64,000 nucleotides of DNA. Source: Camelus dromedarius. Its lineage: Eukaryota. Below the pieces are notes generated by a model. It had not been told where the DNA came from. It saw nothing but the letters and a program-made list of their open reading frames with translations, and did not search any database. The position numbers and the translations under genes are program-made. The stretch covers positions 45,448,001-45,512,000 of the forward strand of contig NC_087436.1 of NCBI RefSeq assembly GCF_036321535.1. Direction: 5' to 3'. Positions 40,021-53,418 of this stretch are shown one piece after another. Every line of letters starts with the position of its first letter. Position 1 is the stretch's first letter.

Positions 40021-40340
40021 TGTTGTTGCCCCATCTACATGCCCTCACACCTGTGACTGTCAGACGACAGAAATATGGCTCGCCTGAGGGACAGGCCATA
40101 AGTACTTATGACACCTCCAGAAGCAACCCTCAGTCAATGATGAACAGTGTTGGTACCACAACTCCTTGATCCCCAGATGGAACAACTAGGTATTACATGG
40201 TTCACGGTCTCCGTGTGGGAGTTGGCTGTGAAAACTGAGCCCTAATTCCTCTTTGCACATGTTGTATCACTTCCTTCCCTTCCCTGTCTCATTCCCCTTT
40301 CCCCCACCTGTGCTTCCTAAAATTACTTCTTAATCCTTTT
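40021..40340 (+). mobile_element. LTR16-like ERVL LTR fragment
   Basis: 'cagaagcaaccctcagtcaatga' and 'cttccttcccttccctgtctcattcccc...tgcttcct'. Confidence 0.6.
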
Positions 40341-40739
40341 TCTCAAACTTTCCCTCCACAGATGAGAAATTACTCCCCACTCTGTGCTCTCAGAAGTACA
40401 TATTTATGTTGTTTTCATAGCACATCTCATTTGTTGACTTGTATTTTAAAGACTCTTGTCTCTCTCCCATTTTAGATTATAAATTCCTTGAAAACAAGAA
40501 TCTTATTTACCTATTATTTACCCCATACTGAATGCACATTTTCCTATAAAATTTATCTTTCTTTTTTTGTATTTTTCCATTAGATAACTATTTTTAAAAA
40601 ATAAATTTTTAGGTTAACACTGTCCTCTTTCCTTGAACATACTCTTCTTCATCTTCTCACCAGAGTATACTTATCGCTAAATCCCTCAAAATCATATTAT
40701 TTTCTGACTTTACTGTGGACACTTATATTCTCTAGTTTT

Positions 40740-41960
40740 ATCAATCTGTATCAATCTGTATTTATCAATCAAATCTACCTTACTGATATGGTATTTAAAT
40801 ATTTTATATCCTTACTTTTATTTGTCTAATTGTTTGTTACATTTTGAACTGAGAGAGGTTAACTAGTATCTATCATCACTAACATAATTCTGTCTAATTT
40901 CCCTTTCTTCCCCATAATCTTGGCTTAATGAATATTGTGGCTATTGTATTACATGCATGGATATTCACAACTTCTATATCTTCATGAAACTCTTCAGTAT
41001 TATAAAATACACTTCCTGCATCTTAATTTGTTATATTTTGTCTTATATTGAGATCACAGTCCCCATTCTTTTGTTCACATTTGTTTGTTACAATTTTACA
41101 CATTCTTTTCTTTTTAGCTTTTCTAAATTACTTTGTTGTGTGTGTGTTCATTGTATAAAACATTCAGCTGAGTTTGATTTTGTGATCCAATCCATGATGA
41201 GGTGCTATAAACTTATTATTGTTATATTTCCCTAATGAATTGATCTTTTTATCATTAAGGAATCTCCCTCTTTATTTCTGATAATACTCATTGTCTTGAA
41301 GCCTGTCACAGTCAATAGTAATATAGCCATTCCATCTAACTTCATGAATAGTATACCTTTTCCCATACATTTCATTTCAACCTGTCTGTATCTATGTTTA
41401 CAGTGTATCTGCAATAAACAGCATATAGTTGGGTCTTGCTTTTTAATCTATTCAGAAAATCTCTGCTTTTTAATTGTAGTGTTTTGACTAATAGCATTTA
41501 ATACAATTATCAACATGGTTAAGTTTAGATGGATCATTTTACTGTTTTCTGTTTTTCCCCTGTTTTTTGTTTGGTTGTTTATTTTTCTGTTTTCTGTTTC
41601 ATGCTTTCTTTTGAATTGTTTGAATATTTTTTAGAATTCCATTTTAATCTATCTATGGACAGAAACTATATCTCTTTGCATTAATTTTTAGTGGTTATAA
41701 CAAGAATTACAATGTACATCCTTAACTTTTGCAGTAGGTCTAGAGTTAATATTGTACCACTTGATGTAAAAATGTAGAAACCTTACAACCATATAGATCC
41801 ATTTACTACCTCCTATCTTTATTCTATAGTTGTCATTTATAGTACATCTACATACATTATAAACCCCACAAGGCATTGCTATAATTTTTGGTTTAAGCAG
41901 TAATATAGCTTTAAGAAAATAAGAGGAAAAATTTACATTTACTCAGATATTTATGATTTA
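40740..41960 (-). mobile_element. Old L1M fragments
   Basis: 'aaacagcatatagttgggtcttgctttttaatc' and 'tttttatcattaaggaatctccctctttatttctgataat' are antisense L1M. Confidence 0.7.
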
Positions 41961-42456
41961 TTCATTTTTTCACAAAACAGAAGATCCAGAGGAAAGTCGT
42001 CCCAGAGTTGGTTCAGTGGCTCAATAAAAATCATCAGAGACTAGAGTCTTTTTATCTTCCTATTCTGCCATCCACACCAAATTGGTTTGGACACCGTGAC
42101 TGGCACATTTCAGGAATCATACCTCATAAATATACCAACATCCAGCTGAAGAAGAAAGGTGTATTCAATACTTTCCAAGAGGCCTGGTAGGACCCATGCC
42201 CATGCTTTTGAATAATTACCCTAAGAAAGCATCTGGCATTGAATTTCCATCCTCTCTTATAGGAGGTAGGCTCTTTAGAGAGGAAGGAAGGAAGGAAGAA
42301 TGGCTGTTGGGCAGGAAATCAACAGCTCCCACCATACCCTCTCACATCTATTTATTGGTAGTGACTGCTCGGAACTGAAGACTCAGCTTGGGAGAGTTAA
42401 AGACTCTGATTAACATACAATGTCTGCCATCCATATGGGAAAGAATGTTGGGGATG

Positions 42457-42896
42457 TGTCGTAGCCTTAAGTGAGTAGGCTGTGGGGCCCAGCCTTAAAT
42501 AAATCGCCAGTGGGGCCCAGGCCAAAGTTCACAATAGCTTGTACCTGGTAAGGAGTAAATATAAGCAAGCACCAGTTATGTAAGCCTTATAAACAAAGAA
42601 GTAAAGATATGCTTGCGCAAGTAGCATTATGTAAGCCTTAGGAACAAAGACATGAACAATGCACACGTGGGGGCAGAATAGATAAAAGCAGGACAAGTGC
42701 GCCACGCAGGCGGCACCATCTTGTTGAACTAGAAGAAAGTGCTGAGCACCACCGCCACCGCCACCGCCGCCCGCCACCCGCGCCACCCACTTGTACTACA
42801 ATAAAGTGCTGTTTTGCTCCATGTCGGCTCCTTGCGCATTTTTCCAGTTGGGCAGCTCACCTCCTCGAATCCCTCTTCAGCCTCCCTCGGCTGACA
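42457..42896 (+). mobile_element. CpG-rich, apparently young solo LTR of uncertain class
   Basis: TGTC...GACA inverted termini, flanks GGATG/GGGTG, duplicated U3 motif 'ttatgtaagcctta..aacaaaga', GATAAAA, AATAAA at 42800-42805. Confidence 0.8.
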
Positions 42897-43929
42897 GGGT
42901 GCTTTCTATCCGTTGTCCTAAAATGTGTCACATAATTCTGGAACTATTGCCTTCAACACTTTATTATCAAGCCCTCAGTGGTTTAGAATTATACATCTGG
43001 ATTTAAATATTAGTGTTGGTACACACCACTACTTAAGGCGCCTACCTGGCTGTAGAACTCCTGCTCTGCATTGATGGTTAGCCTTCACACCCAGCTTTAG
43101 TTTCCAGCGGATACAAATTCCATATTAGCTATCAGTTTTGAGCCCAGTCTTACCTGAACTGAACAATTACTGGCCTGTCAACATAAATCTACATAGAGTT
43201 GCCCACCCCTCTAGCCTACCCGATATTCCACTATAATACTTGAAGAGTAAAGCTTAGCATAAAGTAGTTAATTGTTAAAGGTGATGCTCCCAAAAAGTTT
43301 AATGAAGATCATTTGTGGTAGAGGAAACTTCTAGAGACCCTCAAATTACTCAGCATATTTCAAAGCCAATGCTGAATAAGACCATATTTGAAACCCCTAG
43401 GCTGTTTACTAGGCTATAGAATATATTTTACATTCAGTCAACTGCTCTGCAGTATCCTAGAACAACCAGAAAACTGTAACGTTTTTATCAGTAAATGCAT
43501 ATAAACAAAGCCGACAATTACTATTTCAAGCATCAGCTGATCGTGCTTTAAATCAAATTAATGAACAAGCCATCTCAGCCTTGATAAGCTTATCATTTGG
43601 CCTGGCTTTAGCTAATACATAATACCACACATAATACATAATAACCATAATACATATTTTCTTCTTTATTATGTGTTTTCTTTTTTCTTGAGAATTTTTT
43701 TCACTATATGTTTTAGAGGGAAAAAAGCAAGGATTTTATTCCTGGAAAATTAGAATTTATGTATCTTATATTTTACATCTTATATTTTAATTGAAGGTTT
43801 GTAAATGAAGAGAAAGTTGGGGATGTATTATGGAAGGAAATTAAGTTTTTGTTTCCTAAAAATTAGGGCTAAGTTTGCAAAATCCTGAAATTGATTGATC
43901 TCTGTCCTCTTCCACATCCCTTGAGAACT

Positions 43930-45100
43930 GTGTCAGTCAGTATTCACTGAAACCACACTCAAACCACTGCAGTTATCTTAAGCAGAAAGGAACTGAATAC
44001 AGGGAATTAGGTCCTGACCAAAATTTTTGGAGTAGTTTATGCATAGGGCTCTAGGCTGAATCTTTAAGAATGAGTTCTAGAAATGGATCTGCTGGAAGAG
44101 CCACTATCTCTGGGGCCACCACTGGAATTACTGAGACAAGAGCACACCACCACAGCTGTAACCCAGGAATGAGGATCCTGGAATCAAATCACTCCCGCTA
44201 CCGCTGCTGCCTTTGCCACACATGCATAGACACCCAGGAAGCAGAAGAATAGACCCTGGGAATCTGCTGCAGAAATATCTGCTAGCCCTATGAAAATAGC
44301 CAAAAAGGGCAGGAAGATGACTTCCAGCTACCTTTGTAATATTGTGATTTATAAGAAATTTATAATAAAAAATTACGGTTTTTGTCTTCATTCCTAACAC
44401 AAAGCTTGGAATCTCCTCACTGATAAAAAATGATAAAGATACCTTTTATTATTCATTACAAGCCCCTTTCAATCACACCTGAGTTTATATTAATGAGGTG
44501 ACTTGTGGTTAGCTTCTGGAGGAAGGCTGGTTGCCAGGGGAACCAACCATGTGATTAGAGGAACTTTCAGCCCCATCCCTGACCTCTGGAAAGCTCCGTG
44601 CCCTTCCCCCATACCTTGCCTTATGCATCTCTTTCATCTGGCTGTTCCTGAGATGAATCTTTTATAATAAACCAGCAATCTAGTAACTAAAATATTTTCC
44701 TCAGCTCTTGGAGCCATTCTAGCATATTACTGAACCTACAAGGAGGGGTGTGGGAACCTCCAGTTTGTGGCTGGTAGGTCAAAAGCACAGGCGATGGCAT
44801 CTGAACTGGGAAAGGGGAGTAGGGGAGTCTTGTAGGGTTAAGCCCTTAATTTGTCGGATCTGACACTACCTCCAGGTAATGTCAAGATGGAGTTAAATTG
44901 TGGGACACCCAGTCAGTGTCTACAGAGAATTGCTCAGTATTGAGAATGAAGTGTACAGTGGGGAAAAACTGAGTTTTTCTCCACAACTTTACTCCCACCA
45001 AATATGTCATGACTGCAGCTAATAGACAGAACCTAATCCACATCCAGATTGTAGATGCAAAAGAAAGTGGTCAACATAGTTTTCCCCTTTACGGTCTCAA
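43930..45100 (-). mobile_element. Old MaLR/ERVL-type LTR split by a MER21-like insertion
   Basis: 'gtgtcagtcag...aagcagaaaggaactgaatacagggaatt', resuming after 44985 with 'cagaacctaatccacatccaga'. Confidence 0.4.
44335..44985 (+). mobile_element. MER21-like LTR
   Basis: 'gaaccaaccatgtgattagagg...gctccgtgcccttccccc...tatgcatctctttcatctggctgttc'. TG...CA ends with flanks CCTT/ACTT. Confidence 0.75.
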
Positions 45101-45600
45101 GTTTACACAAAGTTTACAAAAAGGAGAGAGGAATGGAACCAAGCAAGACATTCTTCAGTATCTATCACAGACACTGTGTCTCAGTCCTAATATATGGTAT
45201 TTGTACATTCTAAAAGTATACAGTGCCAGAAATACATGATGGAAGTTACCCCCTTGGGCAAATAAACTATTTTAAGTAAATCTTTTCTATTGAAAGTAGA
45301 GGAAATGCAAGTAGTGTTACCTGGCAACTTTGAATATCAGTGAAATGATTAAGCATACAGCTTCCATTTATTCATGAGCTATGGCTACATGGTGCCAAAT
45401 TTCCAACTGTTTGTTATTACGGGAAAGGAAAAAAGAATCTGAAATTTGTAGGGCTCATTTGGTCTTGAAAGTATTTCAAAACCTGTGCTTCCCCCCAAGT
45501 TTATTCATTCTCTCTCACGGGGAAAAACAATCCAGGAAGAAAGGCACTCTGGCTTGCACCACATAAAATCTGAAAACTCTACAAATACTAAATAAAGTGC

Positions 45601-46099
45601 TGTAATAGGCTAGATAATATCCACCAAAAGATATCAGGTCCTAATCTCTGGAATCTATAAATATTACCTTATATGGCAAAAAAAAGTCTTTGCAGATGTA
45701 ATTAAATTAAGGATATTGTAATGGAGGGATTATCCTGGTTTATCCAGGTGGGCCCAGACTGCAGTCACATGTATTCTTAAAAGAAGGAGGCAGAGGGAGA
45801 CAATACAGATACATAGAGTAGAAAGTGATATGAAGACAGAGAGATAGAGACTTGAAGATGTTGGCCTTAAAGATTACAGTGATGCTGCCACAAACCAAGG
45901 AAAGCCAGCAGCCATCAAAAGTTGGAAGAACCAAGGAACAGATTTTCCCCCATAGCCTCCAAAGGGAGTGTGGCCCTGCTGACAACTTGGTCTTGGCCCA
46001 GTGACAATGATCTTGGACTTCTGGCCTCTAGATCTGTGAAAAATAGATTTCTGTCATTTTAAGCCACCAAGTTTATGGTAATTTACTATGGCAGCCAGA
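45601..46099 (+). mobile_element. MLT1C/D-like MaLR LTR with replaced 3' terminus
   Basis: 'atattaccttatatggcaaaa...tttgcagatgtaattaaattaagga...ttttaagccaccaagtttatggtaatttactatggcagcc'. Confidence 0.85.
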
Positions 46100-48789
46100 G
46101 GTTACTAGACTTGTAATGGTGATCATTTCATAATGTATGCAAATATATTTTGCAAGTATGGAAATATCAGAGCACAGTAGCTCAGTTGCTTAAGTCAATT
46201 TTTCTCCATGGACATGTTGCCACAGAGTGTGTACCAGTTGTACAATAAGAAGAGCACGAGTCAGAGAGAACACATTGCTTAAAAGATCACACAAGACAAA
46301 GAGTGATGCACTAGGGATTTAAGCTTCAGTTGCTCTGATTTCAGAGGCTGTGCTTTCTCCACTCTACCACACTGCTCCCTGAAAAATGGGACAAAGGTTC
46401 CCTTGTTTTAGCCACTGGACTCACTCTCCACTCCACTCCTAGTAGAAACCCTGGCTTCTTCCTCAATTTCTCTCTCTTTCTCAGACCCACATCTATTCAA
46501 CAAGGAAGCCATTCCTATCCAAATGCAGTTACAGATCTTGAATCCATTTCCTTCTCCCATTCTGTTGCTACTGCATCAGTTCATGCTATTACTTTCTCTT
46601 CCCTGAAAACATGGAAGTTTACCAACTCTCTCCACTTACTTCCAATGGTTTGCTGTTACCTAAGCCATAAAGTCCAAGCCTGGAGCATGGCACAAGCAAC
46701 GTTTCATTATCTCATCACAAATTACTTCACCTGCTCTATTTCTGCCCACACCCAGGGTTCTGGTTATACAATAAATTTTTATCCTCCTTCCACCCACTAG
46801 GCCTTCTCAAATGCTTGGTTTTGTACATGCTGTTCCTTCAGCATGAGGAGAACATTCTCTTTTCCACTTGCCATCACTCTTACTCATCCTCTGAGACTCA
46901 AGGCAAATGTGACCTGATTCACAGAACCTTTCTTGATTTTCCCAGGCAAGCAGAATGCTTCCTTTACAACATTTATTGCCGAGCATACACCAACTGGATC
47001 ATGAATTCCTCAAGAGTAATGTAGAAATAATATGGGCTTCATATTCTGGTTCAATAATCTCCAAAGTCAGGTATGCAATACCTGTTTGGTGTTCATAAAA
47101 ATATTAAAACTCTTTGAAAATTTTAATTTATGTTTATGTTTTTCCTCTTGTTTTTAATTTTCATATTTCATCACCTTTGTGGTGGTATTTTCTTAGAGTT
47201 AGGAAGAAAGTGAAATATTCTCATACCTGTGTTTCTGTTAAAATAGGGAAAGAAGATAGACTTGAAATAGCAGTGCATTCAAAAAAAATGAGAAAAAGTA
47301 GATTTCTTTGAGGAGTGAAGACCATTTCAACTTACTTAATATGCACACAAGGTGTGTTCAGGTCAGTATAACCTCATTGTTTATAATGTGCTTACTTCAT
47401 TTGTCACTGAAAACTGGCCTCTGAAGGCATCTGAGTTTTCAACCCTTACCTTTTGGAACCATAACCCCTTGACGTTGACAGACAAAGCCTTTCACCTCAT
47501 TGGCTCTTGTTTTGTCTTGTCTCCACCTCATCACTGATCTCCTTCATCTATTCTTCCCGAATAACTGCTGTGCATGGAAATCGTAATAACCACTGCTGAG
47601 TCTTTTCTAGCTACTAAAAATAGATAGGCGTGGTTCCCAAGGACAAGTGTTTCCTAGTCACTAAAGTATCTCAGGGGCAGGAAGATAGATCTAGAAAATC
47701 TAATTTGAGGCTTAAGAAAATTGTTTAATGTACACTTAGAATCCCATGCCTGACACTGTTCTAGCCTCTTTATATAACACCCCTACAGGATAGGTTCTGT
47801 CCATCCTACATTGCAGCTGATGGCACTGAATCCTAGAAGAGTTTAGGAATCTCAGAAATAACATGGTTAGTGAGAGGCTCGGGCAGGAATTGAATTCAGG
47901 TTTATCAGATTTTATCAACAGTCTTGAGCTCAGTTCTCCCTCAAAAGTGTTCCTTGGTCTACAGTGCTTTTCTCTGCCATGAAGTACATTAAACTTCTAC
48001 CAGTTCTCAGTGACTCAGCTCAAATATCCTCTGGTACGTAAAGTCATCCCTGACTTCCCCTCCAAAACCTCCTCACTTCTTCAAACACAACGTTCATTCC
48101 ACAAATATTTACTGAATTCCTATCTGAGATAATATGCACAAAGAGCGTAGAGCAGTGCTTGGCACGTAAGTGAATGAGCAATCTGTTATAACCCTACTGC
48201 CCATTTACATTGCATTGTAATTGTTGTATTTCCTCTCTAATGGCGCTCATAATAGAGAAGGAAAGAAGTGTGCTCAAAGAATGCTGGGCCCCTAGGACAA
48301 CAGGAAGATATTTCACAAAGTGTAAGAAAATGAACAAACCAAAAACCTCTTTAGCAGAGTATCAGAGGGTTTCATCTGTATTTGAACACTAACGTCTGAA
48401 TGAATAATGAAAGTCTTTGAATGGGGGAGTGCCCTAGAAAAGAACCTGGAGTGACCATTGAAAACACCTACTCATTCAAATAGGGAAAGAAAAGCGCAAT
48501 AAATAAGAACTCAGTGGAGGACAAAATAAATAAGCTGTCTTGGGAGGGATCTTCATGGAGGCATTATATTCCAGAATGCCAAGGGTGGAGTCATGATGAG
48601 CGTAGTTTTGTACTTGTACTCTTATGAATTGAAGATTTTAAAAAATCATATTGCATGAGAATGTTGTAGGAATTAAACTAAATGAGATAATCTATGTGCA
48701 ATGTTTTATTCTCTGCCTATCATTTGATGCGTCTATCCAAAATGTCAGTTCTCTCCTCCTCAACACTCCCCTTCTGAATGCTGGTATCC

Positions 48790-49185
48790 AGCCTATTTTT
48801 TTTTTATAATAAGGTTATTGATACACAATTTAACCATTTGTTGGGGGAGAGATAATTAGGTTTTTTTTAATTTAATGGAGGTACTGAGGGTTGAACCCAA
48901 GACCTTGTGCATGCTAGGCATGCATTCTACTGCTGAGCTACACCCAAACTTTTTATCATTTTTTTAGGTACCTAAAGTTCCTTAAAACTCACCCATTTAA
49001 AGTGTACAATTCCATGGTTTTTAGTGTATTCACAGAATTGTACAACTACACTACAATCAAAAGATCCTTTCCATCACCCCTCAAAAGAAACCCCATACCT
49101 TTAAGCTCTTACCCTGACATCTGTGCTTCCCAGCAGTAGGTAACTACCAGTCTAGCTCTGTCTCTATATATTTGCCTTTCCTCCT
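48790..49185 (-). mobile_element. L1MA/MB 3' end hosting the SINE below
   Basis: 'aactcacccatttaaagtgtacaattccatggtttttagtgtattcacagaattgtacaac'. Confidence 0.7.
48843..48947 (-). mobile_element. Camelid Vic-1-type tRNA-derived SINE
   Basis: Minus strand: TAGCTCAGCAGTAGA (A box), GGTTCAACCC (B box), CAGTACCTCCATT, then A-rich sequence and CCTAATTATCTCTCCCCC. Confidence 0.85.
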
Positions 49186-50213
49186 GCACCCAAGGTTTAA
49201 GGGAAACAAATTCTCCAAGCATGGGCAAAAACTTCAGTCAGACTTGGAATTGCATGACTGCTTCTGCTTCTCACCATCTTATCTGAACCTTGGCTTCCTT
49301 AACTGCATCATAGATAATAAAATCTACACTGCAGAGTTGCTAATAAGGTTAAACAAGATACAGTTATGTGACGAGTCTGGTACATTGTCTATATTCAATA
49401 GTTGGTTGGCTATTATTATTATTTCTTTTTCAAAATCATCATCATGTCTCCATGTCTATGCAAGTGCTTTTTTTTCCCCCCAGTTAGAAATTGGGACGCC
49501 TTCCCACCTTTTCTGTAAAATGAATTCCTTCAAGTCTCAGCCCAGATGTCACCTACTCTACACCAGAGAGTTACTGCTTTTATTTTTCTTTATTTACCAA
49601 ACACGTATGTGATGCTCACTACGTTTCTGGTCCCTAAGCACTTTCACAAATCCTCATTAACAGTCCTATGAAGTAGATACTGTTATTCTTTTTTTTAGAG
49701 AAGAACATTGAGGCATAGAGAGATAAATAATTTGCCCAGATCACCGAGCTAGTATGTGGCAAATGCAGAATCTGTTAGCAGGGAGACCTTATGAGAGGTA
49801 CCCTCCACCAGTTTTCTATTTAGTTTAGTTTTTTTTTTCTTTTTCTTTAATAATGTCATACTGGTTTACAATAAAACTGCAGGGGTTTTGTTTTTCTTTT
49901 TTGAAGAATGTGATGTTTGTGGAGTTTGCAGATCTAAATACACCAAGTGGCCCCCAAGGTTATGAAAGTTGTCAGGGTTGCTTTCTCAGATTGTAGCTGA
50001 AGCTCAGTTTACTGTTCTCTTGGTAGAAACTTCACTGAGTCACAAGCACCAGTGATTTCCAGTATGAGGCTTTCAGTGTTTCTGAATGAACAGGCTCTGA
50101 GAGCAAATACCTTTGCAAAAGCCACTCAACCTGGCCAGGCCTCGATATTTCCCCATTTCTAGAATGGAGGTAGCTGACCTGGCTCATCTTCTACACCTCT
50201 GCTGTTCTACATG

Positions 50214-50828
50214 TGAGACAGGAGGGGAGGGGGCAGGGCACAGCCATTCAAGAAGTAACACAACAATTGATACCAAGGTGGCAGAAAATTCAACTTCCAA
50301 CAGGTCATGAGGCCCAAGACCATGGGAGACTTGACTTCCAGTAGACCTTGGCCTTCACTATACACTCGTTGTAATATATTAACTTGGTAAATGGCACTCC
50401 CACAGGCGTCATGACAGTCCCGAGGCTGACCATAAAAGGTCAAAGAGTGGGCAGTGGCCCAATTCCTGGGAATCCCAACCCCTTCCCCAAAGTGGTTGGA
50501 ATAATCCTCCCACTTGTCAGCATATGACGCTACTGAACCCATAAAAACTAACAACCCCCACACCTCATGGTGGCTCTCCCTTTTGAGTGAGATGGACTGC
50601 ACTCTGTCTATGGAGTATGTATCTACTTTCACCTTTCTCTTGGCTTCTGAAACAGCCTGGACTCTATGGAGTATGTGTCTCTCTAAATAAATCTACCTTT
50701 ACTCAACTGTGGCTCACTCTTGAACTGATGAAGCCAAGGACCCACACTTGGTGAGGCACATCCCAGGGACTCAGTTAAGACCTGGAACACAGCCATTCTC
50801 TCACCCCACATTCATTTTCCCTCTATCA
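50214..50828 (+). mobile_element. ERV1-type solo LTR (family shared with 14003-14628)
   Basis: TGAGACAG...CTATCA termini, exact TSD CATG, colinear with the 14.0-kb copy. Confidence 0.9.
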
Positions 50829-53418
50829 CATGGGCCTGAGGAAAGGTCATACCATGAACCTTGTGCCTGCTAGTCACATTACATAGAGTTTATTGTATTA
50901 AATTCTCATTTTCAGAGAAAGAAATAGAGGTAAGATAGATAGAATTATGCTGCCCCATGACTGACAGGGTCCACATGGAATTAAAGGTTTCCCAAAGTTC
51001 CTTAAAGTTGCAGTGGGATGCAGTTACCAAAAGAACACAAAAAGCAGCAAATTTCTGCATCAATATAGAAAGAAATGAGTGTAGGCTCTGTTTTTCTTAA
51101 AAAATTCCTACTGATGCTGCAAAGATAATTCCTAATGTCACTGATTTCCTTTTCTCCTCAAATCTTTCTCTGGCTTTGGAAAGTTTTCTTTCAGTGTTGC
51201 TTACTTTCAAATCTCTCTTTCAGCCAGTACTGCATCTCTTATTTATGTCTAATCCCCTGCATATTATTTGGTCTCCAATGATCCCATTTGTTCTTCCTCC
51301 ACATCCTGATGAAAAAGTCAATTTTGAAAACTCAAAATGATTAGAAAGTGCACTCAACTTCATGATACCCAATAAATCACTAGACTTTATAACAGATATT
51401 ATATGATATTAATCCAAAAAACATGATTCACAGCTTCAAAAGCCTAAATTACAAAATTTCAAATAAAGAATCAGATATTAATAAATCAGCAAGATCTTGG
51501 AAAACCCGCTGTTTGGGAACTATTACTCATTTGGCTCTTTGGGAACTCTTTTATTTTGTGGATGGTATTTTTTTCAAGGTCATTTTATTTTCCAACTTTA
51601 AACACCCTCCAATCTCTTCCAAAATTTTTCCCAAGACACTTGAGTAAGTACAAGAGTCCTCTGCATGGTCTAATTGAGAAAGACTCCAGGCTCAAAGTTG
51701 AATTGGTTGAGAGAAATCTGCTCCTGTGAGTGCTTGGGGCACTCAGAGAGGGTGAACCACAGCTGGTTGGGCAGGGATAAGGGTGGGGGCATGGCCATTT
51801 GCTGAGCAGCATGTTTGTCTATGTTGTCTTCCTTCTTCCTTCTTTGCCTGCCAAGAATCACAAAACATTAGAGCTGGAGAGAATGCACTGACCATATTGT
51901 CCAAAATCCTCATTTCACAGAGGAGGAAACTGGTGCACAAAAAGGAGAAGGGATTTGCTCAGCATTACCTGGTGAATTGATGCAGGGCTAGGAAAGAACT
52001 CAGGCCTTCTGACAGCAGGGCTAATACTGTTTCCGCAGGGCTACACTTTCCCTTTCAAGATATCCTTCCTCCAACGGGCAGCTAAAATGGCTTTTGCCAG
52101 GTCTCACTTTGTCTCCATCTGGGGCTGGTAGGTCTTTGTTCCTCCAACCCCTCCCTCCCACTCTCTTCCTTCCTTCCATTCTTTCCTACCTTGTTGTATA
52201 TAAAATATAGTGAAAGAATGCATTGAATAAATAAAATCATAAAAACAAGAAGCAAATGAAAAAGTCAGGCTGAGATTATAAAATGGAGAATGGAATAAGG
52301 TTTAAGCTGTGTATTACGTTAAAAACTTGCTACAAGGGCAAATCCCCTGTTTGCCTCCAAGTATTCTAACCATAAAGACATGATTCACATTATTATTTAT
52401 AATAAATCAATTATTTAATATGACACAACTATTCTTTATACTGAGATCAGATAGAATTCTTCTTCAGAAGTTCCTTATAATAAAAATATTTGAGACTTTT
52501 TCTGTTCCTTTAAGCTGTCTGCTCTGGAACAGGCTGAAAAGTTAGTCTTTAGGAGTTTAAATGGTCTTCACTGTCTTAGCCCAACTGGTGAGGTGGTACA
52601 GGTCTTCCTAAACTTTACATGAGAGTAACAGCCCTGCTCCTCCAAAGGCCCAGTCATGGTCTACTGTCCTGCCACATCCTCTGATAGGTGGGAAAGGGAC
52701 CCACCAGGACCTATGCCTTTCCTGAGGTCTCTTTATAGTTTGGACCAATATAAATAAGAGGGATCAGAGGAGAGGGTCTGGGTATTTCTTTGTAATTCAA
52801 GTAAGTTTATTTATTATTAGATATTTCCATGCATATTCTCTTTCCTACAAACAGAGATAATAAGGAACAGACACAATTTCCTAACACCCAGTTTATTAAT
52901 ACATACATATGTAGAGAGAGAGAGACAGAGTCAGAGAGACAGAGAGAGACCTTTATAATAATGTGAAAGTAATTTTAGGTCTCCCCTCACATGCAGGTTG
53001 CCCAGTTGTCCTTCAGGGGCGCTATGATCTTAACAGCAACTATGAGAAAGCTGCTTTCAGTATCAAATAGTGTTCTTCACATTTTCCTTTATATCTCGAA
53101 TACATTTTTATGCTACTGACTAATTCTGTGTGTTGAACGTTTATAGGGGAAGTTTATCAGAATACATCTGAATAAAGAAAGCACAAGAGAAGCATGAGCT
53201 TATGATCTCCTTGATCTCCTTTGCCAGCGAGGCCCTTAGTCCCAAGGGCCAAGACAAACTCATTCCCTGGACCTTAATTGCCCTTTGCTACTCCCAAAGT
53301 GAAAAGTCTTGGCTTACAGGCTCAGAGGGTTTCAGGCAGAAACTATCTGCAGCATGGTGGGCACATGCTCACAGTGTTGTGAAAACCCCAAAGTTAAACT
53401 GCACTTTTGAGCTCCTAT

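Noticed and set aside
42529..42786. 85-aa poly-Gly ORF
   Set aside because: Antisense reading of the (CCACCG)n run in the LTR.
48880..48947. tRNA gene
   Set aside because: Degenerate tRNA-like head attached to a SINE body and tail.
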